A stretch of 31,437 bases of DNA. Origin: a virus. Its lineage: Duplodnaviria > Caudoviricetes. The notes below the pieces were generated by a model. That model was given only the letters and a program-made list of their open reading frames with translations. It ran no database searches and was not told the DNA's origin. This document shows, piece by piece, positions 15,729-23,378 of the stretch; the stretch's first letter is position 1, and the number at the start of each line of letters is the position of its first letter. Where the stretch lies: IMG/VR virus record IMGVR_UViG_3300027679_000022, positions 1 through 31,437 of that record. One strand, 5' to 3'. Both the position numbers and the translations under genes were made by a program.

Positions 15729-15773
15729 AGGCTGATAGCCCGCTATCACGAAGTGTAGCGGGACTATCTGCCC
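15729..15773 (-). other. Long intergenic hairpin upstream of the SSB-like gene (no U tail)
   Basis: GATAG-CCCGCTA-CAC / GTG-TAGCGGG-CTATC with single-base bulges. Confidence 0.65.
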
Positions 15774-15776
15774 TTC

Positions 15777-15932
15777 TTAGTCGTACTCTGGGGTTTCGTC
15801 TAGTATTGCTTCAACTGTTTGCAGTGTCATGAGTATGCTTGCTTTGTGTATCTCGTGCCATCCTTCTTTTGCTTTGTATTCTTGCAGTGCGTACCTGATT
15901 AGTTTCAGGTCTGTTCGGTCTAGTTCTTTCAT
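15777..15932 (-). CDS. Hypothetical protein (51 aa, MKELDRTDLKLIRYALQEY...)
   Basis: ATGA overlap with the upstream gene. Not in the ORF track. Confidence 0.65.
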   Translation of the reverse strand: MKELDRTDLKLIRYALQEYKAKEGWHEIHKASILMTLQTVEAILDETPEYD

Positions 15933-16378
15933 CGTACATTCCCTTCTAGTGTGCGGTCACACGCTTGACAATCGTTGAACAACTTGGGTGTGAGTATGTT
16001 GCACCATGGGCACTGAACCTCACGACTGCGCTGGCGCATGTCGTCTAGTTCCCATAGTTCCTCATACACACCACCGTCTTGAAGGTTGGTGATTGGTTCT
16101 CTGTATTCCTCGCGTGTGTCCTCCCATGTCTGAGTAGCCCATACGAAGTATGGTTCTACTCTAGTGGTTGAACTTACCCAATCATGTCCACTTGGCATGT
16201 CTTTAAGCCAACTCCACGGACTACTGTATTGCAGGTTGCCCTCATCAACGAGTTGATGGGCAACTGCACTGTCCCTTGCTTCGCGTAGTTCTAAGCAGTT
16301 GTCACATACATCATCAAGCATCATGCAGTCATAGCATTGTGAGGTTACTGAGATACCTTGAGTTGTGTATTCGGTCAT
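15929..16378 (-). CDS. First gene of the leftward arm; Cys-rich protein with N- and C-terminal CxxC pairs
   Basis: CYDC/CDNC and CPWC/CQAC; GAAAGG RBS. Confidence 0.75.
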   Translation of the reverse strand: MTEYTTQGISVTSQCYDCMMLDDVCDNCLELREARDSAVAHQLVDEGNLQYSSPWSWLKDMPSGHDWVSSTTRVEPYFVWATQTWEDTREEYREPITNLQDGGVYEELWELDDMRQRSREVQCPWCNILTPKLFNDCQACDRTLEGNVR

Positions 16379-16449
16379 TGTCTTGCCTTTCGTCTTGTGT
16401 ATCCACCGACTGTGAATACGCCATTTGAAGTATCATGTAGCCTACGCAT

Positions 16450-17420
16450 ATCGTGACGAGAGAAGCGAGGAACGAAGGAGTAGGCGTCGTCACTCAGTTA
16501 GCCAATTCTTTGGCTGACTGCGGGGCGTGGCTGGACTGCGAGCCTGCGAGCAGGCGCACGCTTGCGGGCGCTTCAGACACGACAGATGCGTTGGGTGTAG
16601 GCGAAGGCGACTTAATTCCATGGGAATTTCGCCGAGACGCAACCCACGCTGAGAGTAATCGTGACCGCTTTGCTCTGCTGAATAGGCAGAGCAGGGAACG
16701 ATTTGACGGTCATGATACGATGATGGCATCGTAAGGAGGACGAGCCTGAGCATGGCTTGCATGGCTAGTGAGCGAGACTTGATGAGCGAACTAGACAGGC
16801 TTGACAGGCTGGCGAGAGATGTGGCTGGCGCGTAGTCGAAGAACCGAGGCTTGCCGAGACTTCTGAGACTAGCGAGTGGAACGAGCGGCGCGAGGCGCGT
16901 GGATACGCGACCTACAGCCTTCGGTCCGACCCTCAAAGACAAGCCGAATGCGAGCGTAGTTCAGCGAGCGTCTATGAGGTGCAGTCGGTATGACTGAACT
17001 GGTGAGGGTTATTCACCATTGCCAAGGCATAAGTTCATAGACGGACACGATAGGACAGCAGACGCTTTGCTCCTTGCTTGCAAGGATAGCAAAGAACTGC
17101 TTGGGTACGATTGAGGCTTCTCCGCAACACAGCGGACCGAGGACCTGCTACCGAACAAGGAGGGACCTGCTTAGCAGGCGTGCAGACGCCCCGAGCCTGC
17201 GAGGGGAACTGCTAGACTGCGGGCAGACGCCCGACATTGTGAGGTGCAGACGCCGAGGCATGAACAGAACTGCTTGCAGACGCTGTTCATTAAGAAGCCG
17301 ATTGAGTAGCCTGTCCTAGTACATACATTTATTTTTACTAGGTATGTATCAGACTGAGCCTCAGTCTGCAGGCAGACAGTATCCTGTCTGACAGCACTCA
17401 GTATAGTGTTCTGTCTGTAC
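16450..17420 (+). ncRNA. Large highly structured non-coding element (candidate ncRNA or folded ssDNA) of unknown family
   Basis: Continuous nested stems, G-U/G-T pairs readable on the + strand, a multi-branch junction and a five-fold repeated internal loop. GC- and purine-richer than its flanks, with no credible ORF. Confidence 0.6.
17058..17283 (+). repeat. Five GCAGACGC and five GA[A/C]CTGCT interleaved repeats
   Basis: GCAGACGC at 17058, 17182, 17223, 17246 and 17276; GA[A/C]CTGCT at 17094, 17142, 17164, 17206 and 17267. Confidence 0.9.
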
Positions 17421-17715
17421 AATAACAGTCCTGTCTAGTATCTATGACCCCCATAGTTTTAACTGTAGTGGATATTATATACTGTATCTCTACCTAAAAA
17501 TATTTCTGTATATAGTTACAGGGGGGTAGATAGATAGTCTGACCAGCACTTATATAAATACTTTAGAATAAAACGTTCGTTTTACCTGTTTGAACGGATT
17601 ATATATAAGTAGAGAGTTAAATAGTTCAGAACTCTTTTTATTGAGTTCTTCACTCTGTTACAGACTACTGTACAAACAACTATCTGTAGGGCGGGGGGAC
17701 TCTGCCACAAAGGAG
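17420..17715. promoter_or_regulatory. AT-rich inverted-repeat region upstream of terminase (candidate late promoter, origin or packaging site)
   Basis: ACTTATATA (17548) / TATATAAGT (17602), TCTACC/GGTAGA and GAACTC/GAGTTC inverted repeats; many CTGT motifs. Confidence 0.45.
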
Positions 17716-17721
17716 AAGAAC

Positions 17722-19629
17722 GTGGCAACACCAGCGCATAAGGGATTTAAAAAGGGTGGGGAGCACCACCTCGCCAAGGGGGTAACCCAAGCCAAGGCAG
17801 ATGTTATTGCTAGGGTCAAGGCAGGTGTATCTGTCCAAGCCGCTATGGTTGCGGCGGGTAAGAAACCCGATACTGTGCGCCAATGGATGAATCGTGACCC
17901 TGAGTTCGCCCGTGCCTTGGAAGAAGCCAAGGAAGAAGGCGGCAAGCAATCCTTCACCGCCTTGGGCGTCGAGAAGGAATCTATCCCATTTGCGGACTTC
18001 TCTAAGATGTTTTTTGACCAGACGGTATTCCCACATCATCAGGACTGGGTAGACCTACTGGAAGGGCGCGAACCTACGTGGCTCCACCCTTCTATGATTT
18101 ATGAGCCAGGCGAGGGGAACCGCCTACTTATCAATGTGCCTCCTGAGCACGCTAAGTCCACCGTTATCACGGTGAACTATCCAACTTACCGCATCGCCCT
18201 CAATCCTAACATCCGCATTATCGTGGTATCAAAGACATTGAATAAGGCACGCGAGTTCGTATACGCTATAAAGCAACGACTGTCTCACCCACGCTGGCTT
18301 AAACTGCAGACCGCTTATGGTCCAGAGGGCGGCTGGAAAGAAGACGCAGATACTTGGCGTACCGATACTGTCTATCTTGGCGGCGATGCGCGTAATTCTA
18401 GTGAGAAGGACCCAACCCTTCAGGCACTAGGTATGGGTGGTCAGATTTACGGTGCACGTGCTGATTTGATTATTCTTGACGACTGTATTACTACTGCTAA
18501 CGCCCACGAGTGGGAACAGCAGATTAACTGGTTACAGAAAGAAGTTATTACCCGTTTGGGTAAGAATGGTAAACTTTTAATAGTAGGGACACGAATTGCG
18601 GCAAATGACCTTTACAAAGAACTACGCAACCCTAAGCACTGGTCTGGCGGTAAAACACCGTTTACGTATATGGGTATGCCTGCGGTTCTTGATTATTCTG
18701 AGAAACCCGAAAACTGGAAAACCTTATGGCATGAGTCGGATAGCCCGTGGGATGGTGATTCGGACACTCCAAAAGCAAATGGACGTTATCCTAAGTGGGA
18801 CGGACAAGCACTCTTTAAGAGACGTAGTGAAGTTACGCCATCAACATGGGCACTCGTTTACCAGCAAGAAGACATCCAAGAAGACTCCATTTTCCCACCC
18901 GTGCTGGTGCAAGGGTCAACTAATGGGATGCGGAAGCGAGGTCCACTAAAGGCTGGTGCTGCTGGACATCCACCTCAGGTTGAGGGTTTACATACTGTAA
19001 TTGGATTTGACCCTGCTATGGCAGGTAACGCTGCATTTGTTGTAGTTGCATACAACAGGGCAGATGGAAAGATTTATGTGTTGGATTGTGTCAACATGGA
19101 AGAACCAACACCACAAAAGATTAGGGCAACAATTGAAGAACTCGTTATTAAGTACAGACCACAAGAGTTCCGAGTTGAAATCAACGCCCACCAAAAAGCC
19201 TACTCCCTTGACGAAGAACTACGAGGGTGGCTCGCTTCATACGGCGTACGGCTTGATGCTCACTTTACAGGCAAGAACAAATGGGACACATCTTTCGGCG
19301 TTGCCTCAATGTCCAACCTCTTTGGCACTGTCCGTGATGAGAAGTTTCAAAAGAACAACATTATAGAACTACCTTCATCTGAAGGTTCTGAAGGTATCAA
19401 AGCCTTAACTCAGCAACTTCTTACATGGAAGCCAGAGACTAAGGGTAAGACCGATACAGTCATGGCTTTATGGTTTGCCATTATACGCATCCGCGAGTTA
19501 ATGCAATCTGCAAGCCGAGCATCACAATACGCAAATAACAGATGGGCAACTCGTGCTCAAATGAACCAACGCCTTGCGGTAAACCTCGATGAGATGTTTG
19601 CAGAGCAATGGCAAGAAAACTACGGATAA
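17722..19629 (+). CDS. terL: Terminase large subunit with N-terminal HTH (TerS-like) extension
   Basis: AAGGAG plus GTG 17722; Walker A variant NVPPEHAKST, Walker B LIILDD, coupling motif VGTR, RNase-H IGFDPA and DTVMALW. Confidence 0.9.
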   Translation: MATPAHKGFKKGGEHHLAKGVTQAKADVIARVKAGVSVQAAMVAAGKKPDTVRQWMNRDPEFARALEEAKEEGGKQSFTALGVEKESIPFADFSKMFFDQTVFPHHQDWVDLLEGREPTWLHPSMIYEPGEGNRLLINVPPEHAKSTVITVNYPTYRIALNPNIRIIVVSKTLNKAREFVYAIKQRLSHPRWLKLQTAYGPEGGWKEDADTWRTDTVYLGGDARNSSEKDPTLQALGMGGQIYGARADLIILDDCITTANAHEWEQQINWLQKEVITRLGKNGKLLIVGTRIAANDLYKELRNPKHWSGGKTPFTYMGMPAVLDYSEKPENWKTLWHESDSPWDGDSDTPKANGRYPKWDGQALFKRRSEVTPSTWALVYQQEDIQEDSIFPPVLVQGSTNGMRKRGPLKAGAAGHPPQVEGLHTVIGFDPAMAGNAAFVVVAYNRADGKIYVLDCVNMEEPTPQKIRATIEELVIKYRPQEFRVEINAHQKAYSLDEELRGWLASYGVRLDAHFTGKNKWDTSFGVASMSNLFGTVRDEKFQKNNIIELPSSEGSEGIKALTQQLLTWKPETKGKTDTVMALWFAIIRIRELMQSASRASQYANNRWATRAQMNQRLAVNLDEMFAEQWQENYG

Positions 19630-19641
19630 GGAAAATAAAAA

Positions 19642-20232
19642 ATGGCAGCAAAATCTGCAGATGATGCTCGTAAAAAAGCAATGATGTCTAAGAAAGCAAA
19701 ATTTAAGCCAGCAACACCATCAAAGTCAATGACAAAAACAGTTGTTTCATATGATAAAGCAACTGGAGTAAAGATACTTAAGCCTGGTTCACGACCTCTT
19801 ACTCAAAGTAATACTCAATTAAAAGCAGCAGCAGAAAAGGCTAAGACCAAGACTCCTGCTGCTGTAGAACAAATAAAAAGAAACATGAAGTTAGCAGAAA
19901 AAACTGCAGTTCGTGAAGTTAGAAACAATAGACAATATTTGCTTAACCAGACTATGCGCGAGGCTTGGCAAACTGATTACAAGAAGCCATTAACTCCTGC
20001 TCAAATAAAAGCAGGTAATGCTGCTTATGAAGCCAAAGCAAGAGAATTAAAGGCAAGTTTTGCTCAAGCAAAGAAAGCAGCAGCAGCAGCAGTTAGAAAA
20101 TTATCCGCAGAACAAACTAAAGCAAGTATTAAGAAGTATGGTACATCAAAAGGTTTTGGCGGTGGTAGTTCAGGTGGCAGCGCATTTACTGGTAGTTCAT
20201 CAACCAAAGTCGGCATTACCTACACTAAGTAA
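19642..20232 (+). CDS. Lys/Ala-rich basic protein (196 aa)
   Basis: AAGGA RBS; strongly basic low-complexity sequence. Confidence 0.75.
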   Translation: MAAKSADDARKKAMMSKKAKFKPATPSKSMTKTVVSYDKATGVKILKPGSRPLTQSNTQLKAAAEKAKTKTPAAVEQIKRNMKLAEKTAVREVRNNRQYLLNQTMREAWQTDYKKPLTPAQIKAGNAAYEAKARELKASFAQAKKAAAAAVRKLSAEQTKASIKKYGTSKGFGGGSSGGSAFTGSSSTKVGITYTK

Positions 20233-20245
20233 TTAAGGAAAACAA

Positions 20246-20737
20246 ATGGCACAAATGAGAAAATCTGCACCTCCTAAAAAGACTTTAACGCCACAGACTG
20301 CACGAAAAATAGTTAAAGGCGAGATGGTGCGTCAGTCTACACTTGACCAAATTAGAAAAGACGGCATGGCAAAAGCCATTGGAAAAGTTAAGGCTGGCAA
20401 AGCAACTCCTGAATATAGAGCGGGTGCTACCCGTATGTATGGTACTAAGAGAGTTCCACCTGTAGTAAAAAAGGCTGTAAAGAAAAACTATTCACCGCCT
20501 TATGACCCAACAGTTTGGGACCCATTTATTGACCCAGTAATGGGTGGTATGCGTAAAGTAATGAATACTACACTAAATTCAGTAGGTAAAGTGGGTAAGG
20601 CTTATGGTCAATACACAAAGGCTACAACTGTAGATGCACCAAAAACAATTAAAAAGGTTGTAGGTGTAGTAAAGAAGGGTATTGAATCAAAGGGAAAGAG
20701 AACACCTCGCCTTAAAGATAGACTTAGAAAAGGATAA
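20246..20737 (+). CDS. Lys-rich basic protein (163 aa)
   Basis: AAGGA RBS; K/R-rich. Confidence 0.75.
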   Translation: MAQMRKSAPPKKTLTPQTARKIVKGEMVRQSTLDQIRKDGMAKAIGKVKAGKATPEYRAGATRMYGTKRVPPVVKKAVKKNYSPPYDPTVWDPFIDPVMGGMRKVMNTTLNSVGKVGKAYGQYTKATTVDAPKTIKKVVGVVKKGIESKGKRTPRLKDRLRKG

Positions 20738-20744
20738 TGTAATT

Positions 20745-20918
20745 ATGCCAGTACCAATAGCAGCAGCAATAATTGCTGGAACTATGGGCGTAGTAGGTGG
20801 ACGCTTAGTTAAAAAGCAACTTGATGTTCACAATAAACAAGAAAAACTAAAAAAGGCACGTACTACTGCTGGCATAAAAGGCAGTGGCGGAAGCAACGTA
20901 AACAAAGTTTACAAGTAA
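20745..20918 (+). CDS. Small basic protein with hydrophobic N-terminus (57 aa from MPVPIAAA)
   Basis: AAGGA upstream; start re-assigned to avoid overlap with the previous gene. Confidence 0.65.
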   Translation: MPVPIAAAIIAGTMGVVGGRLVKKQLDVHNKQEKLKKARTTAGIKGSGGSNVNKVYK

Positions 20919-20943
20919 TTTTTAAAACTACGTTAGGACAATA

Positions 20944-22719
20944 ATGGCTTTAACAATAGAGCAGGTAACAGCACGGGTTGATTCCCTGCGTTACCGCAAT
21001 CACGAACGTGATGCGCGTAACCTAGATGTGCTTGCTGTCCGTAAAGGAAAGATTGCTCAAGTTTATCCTAACTTTTTTCCAGAAGGTGTTGACGCTAACG
21101 TAGTAGCAAACTTTATTGACATTGTTGCACGCGACCTATCTGAAGTTATGGCTCCGCTTCCAGCGGTTAACTGTTCTGCAGCCAATCAAGTATCAGATAG
21201 AGCGCGTACCTTTGCTGACAAGCGTACTCGTATTGCTTCTAATTACTTCCAACATTCAGACCTAGCAGTACAAATGTACTCGGGTGCTGACTGGTACCTA
21301 ACATATGGATTCGTCCCTTTCATTATTGAATTAGACGATGAAGCAAAACTGCCACGTATCCGCATAGAAAATCCTATTGGGGCTTACCCAGAGTTTGACC
21401 GCTATGGACGTTGTGTGGCATTTGCTAAGAGATACTCTATGACACTTGGTGAACTAGTATCTCAGTTCCCAGAGTATGATAGAGAACTTCTTGGAGAAGA
21501 TGGATACAAACAAGACCTTAATGCAGTAATTGAGATGGTTCGTTATTACGATAAAGACCAATCTATAATTTATGTACCACGTAGAAGCAACCTAGTTCTT
21601 TCTCAGGCTGCTAACCCACTTGGCAAAATGATGGTTGTTGTTGCACGTAAGCCATCTATTGATGGTGAACTACGTGGGCAGTTTGACGATGTATTGGGTA
21701 TTCAATTACTGCGCAACCGATTCGCATTACTTGCAATGGAAGCAGCAGAGAAGTCAGTACAAGCACCAATTGTTCTGCCACAAGATGTGCAAGAACTTAT
21801 GCTTGGTGGGGACGCTGTTATCCGTACAGCCAATCCAGCAGGTGTTCGCCGTGTAGAACTTACTTTGCCACAAGGTGCATTTACAGAACAACAGGTTCTT
21901 AATCAAGAACTACGTGTTGGTACACGATACCCTGAATCTCGTACTGGAAACATAGATGCTTCTATTGTTACTGGTCAAGGAGTACAGGCTCTTATGGGAG
22001 CCTTTGATACACAGGTTAAATCTGCACAAGCAATTTTTGCTGCAACACTTAGGGACATTATTAGTCTTTGCTTTAATGTAGATGAATTAATCTATCCAGA
22101 AGAAAAGACAATTCGTGGAGTAGATTCGGGTTCACCTTATGAAATTACATACAAACCAACTAAAGACATCAAGAATGATTATTCTGCTGATGTCCGTTAC
22201 GGCATGCTTGCTGGTCTTAATCCAGCACAAGGTCTTATTTTTATGCTTCAAGCACTTGGAGGAAAACTCATCAGCCGAGATATGGCTATGAGAGAACTAC
22301 CATTTACGGTTAACGTTACACAAGAATTAGAAAAGATTGAAATTGAAGAAATGCGCTCTGCGCTACTTGGTTCACTTACGGCATATACACAAGCAATTCC
22401 ACAGATGGCTACTCAAGGTCAGGATGCTTCAGATGTAGTTCGTAAGATTGCTGCGGTAATAAAGGCTCGTCAAAAGGGACAAGCATTAGAGGACGCGATA
22501 GAAGCAACCTTTGCTCCGCAGCAAGAGGTTCCTCCTGTTGGTGAACCGACTAATGCGGTTGAGCAAATGTCCCCTGCTCCCGATGGTGCACCAGCAGGAG
22601 GCTCTCCAACACCGCCACAAATACAGGCTAGACCAGATTTACAAACAATGTTAAGTAGTTTAACTAGCGGTGGACAAGCAAGAGCAGCAGTAAGTACTAC
22701 TAGGGAACGAGCAATTTAA
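20944..22719 (+). CDS. Portal protein
   Basis: 591 aa, downstream of terminase; helical with central beta motifs and a Pro/Gln-rich tail, as in podovirus-type portals. Confidence 0.8.
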   Translation: MALTIEQVTARVDSLRYRNHERDARNLDVLAVRKGKIAQVYPNFFPEGVDANVVANFIDIVARDLSEVMAPLPAVNCSAANQVSDRARTFADKRTRIASNYFQHSDLAVQMYSGADWYLTYGFVPFIIELDDEAKLPRIRIENPIGAYPEFDRYGRCVAFAKRYSMTLGELVSQFPEYDRELLGEDGYKQDLNAVIEMVRYYDKDQSIIYVPRRSNLVLSQAANPLGKMMVVVARKPSIDGELRGQFDDVLGIQLLRNRFALLAMEAAEKSVQAPIVLPQDVQELMLGGDAVIRTANPAGVRRVELTLPQGAFTEQQVLNQELRVGTRYPESRTGNIDASIVTGQGVQALMGAFDTQVKSAQAIFAATLRDIISLCFNVDELIYPEEKTIRGVDSGSPYEITYKPTKDIKNDYSADVRYGMLAGLNPAQGLIFMLQALGGKLISRDMAMRELPFTVNVTQELEKIEIEEMRSALLGSLTAYTQAIPQMATQGQDASDVVRKIAAVIKARQKGQALEDAIEATFAPQQEVPPVGEPTNAVEQMSPAPDGAPAGGSPTPPQIQARPDLQTMLSSLTSGGQARAAVSTTRERAI

Positions 22720-22728
22720 GGAGTAATC

Positions 22729-22965
22729 ATGGCAACACCTCGTAAGAGAACCACAAAGGTTAAAACAGTTGCTGATGAGAGTTACTCAAAGTTAGACCAA
22801 TATGCAATTGAACTGCATGAGTTTTTTAAATCATTGCGTAGAGCAGGATTTACGGTTGATAATGCATTATGGATTTTATCTGCAAAAGAAATGCATCCTG
22901 AGTGGATGCAAACAGCACCAACATTAGAAGACATTAGAAAATACATGGATGAGGAGGACGAGTAA
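22729..22965 (+). CDS. Hypothetical protein (78 aa)
   Basis: AAGGAG RBS; coupled to the next gene. Confidence 0.75.
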   Translation: MATPRKRTTKVKTVADESYSKLDQYAIELHEFFKSLRRAGFTVDNALWILSAKEMHPEWMQTAPTLEDIRKYMDEEDE

Positions 22966-23378
22966 TGGCACGTGGAGGTTATCGTCAGCCCAATAATCCA
23001 GCACCTGTATCAGGTCCTGGTGCGCTTTCAGCGCGTACAGATGGTGGTGCTACTGAAGGTATGACACAACCACAACAGCAGTACACAGGTTTTGGTTATG
23101 GTGAGAATGGTGCTACTAATACTATGCAAGGTGAAGCAGCAATGGCTGGTAATCCATTTTCTATGGCAGGTATTGTCCCATTAAATGCGCCAACAGAACG
23201 TCCAGACGAACCTATTACATCTGGAATTAATCAGGGTGAAGGTCCTGGAACTGAAGCAATGCGTGGTCTACCAAATCAAGCACCAACATTAATTGACACA
23301 ATAAAACATCTTGCACAGTTTGACCCATCAGGTGATGCAGAATTAATCTATAGACAACTACTTGATAAAGGGTACTAA
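22965..23378 (+). CDS. Gly/Pro-rich probable virion protein (137 aa)
   Basis: TAATG coupling on both sides; RGGYRQP...PVSGPGALS.RTDGG motif. Confidence 0.7.
   Translation: MARGGYRQPNNPAPVSGPGALSARTDGGATEGMTQPQQQYTGFGYGENGATNTMQGEAAMAGNPFSMAGIVPLNAPTERPDEPITSGINQGEGPGTEAMRGLPNQAPTLIDTIKHLAQFDPSGDAELIYRQLLDKGY

Noticed and set aside
16765-16795. Hammerhead-like TTGATGAG...CGAAC
   Set aside because: Core deviates from CUGANGA/GAAA and stem II is missing.
17058-17283. Repeats as a mini-CRISPR array
   Set aside because: Units are only 8 nt, irregularly spaced, and pair with interleaved partner motifs.
16453-17422. ORFs 16453..16734, 16490..16942, 17074..17319 and 17171..17422
   Set aside because: No convincing RBS, atypical R/S/L/A-rich composition, and they overlap on both strands. 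Better explained by GC-rich structured non-coding sequence.
17590-17721. N-terminal extension of terminase from TTG 17590
   Set aside because: Runs through AT-rich inverted repeats; the strong AAGGAG RBS supports GTG 17722.
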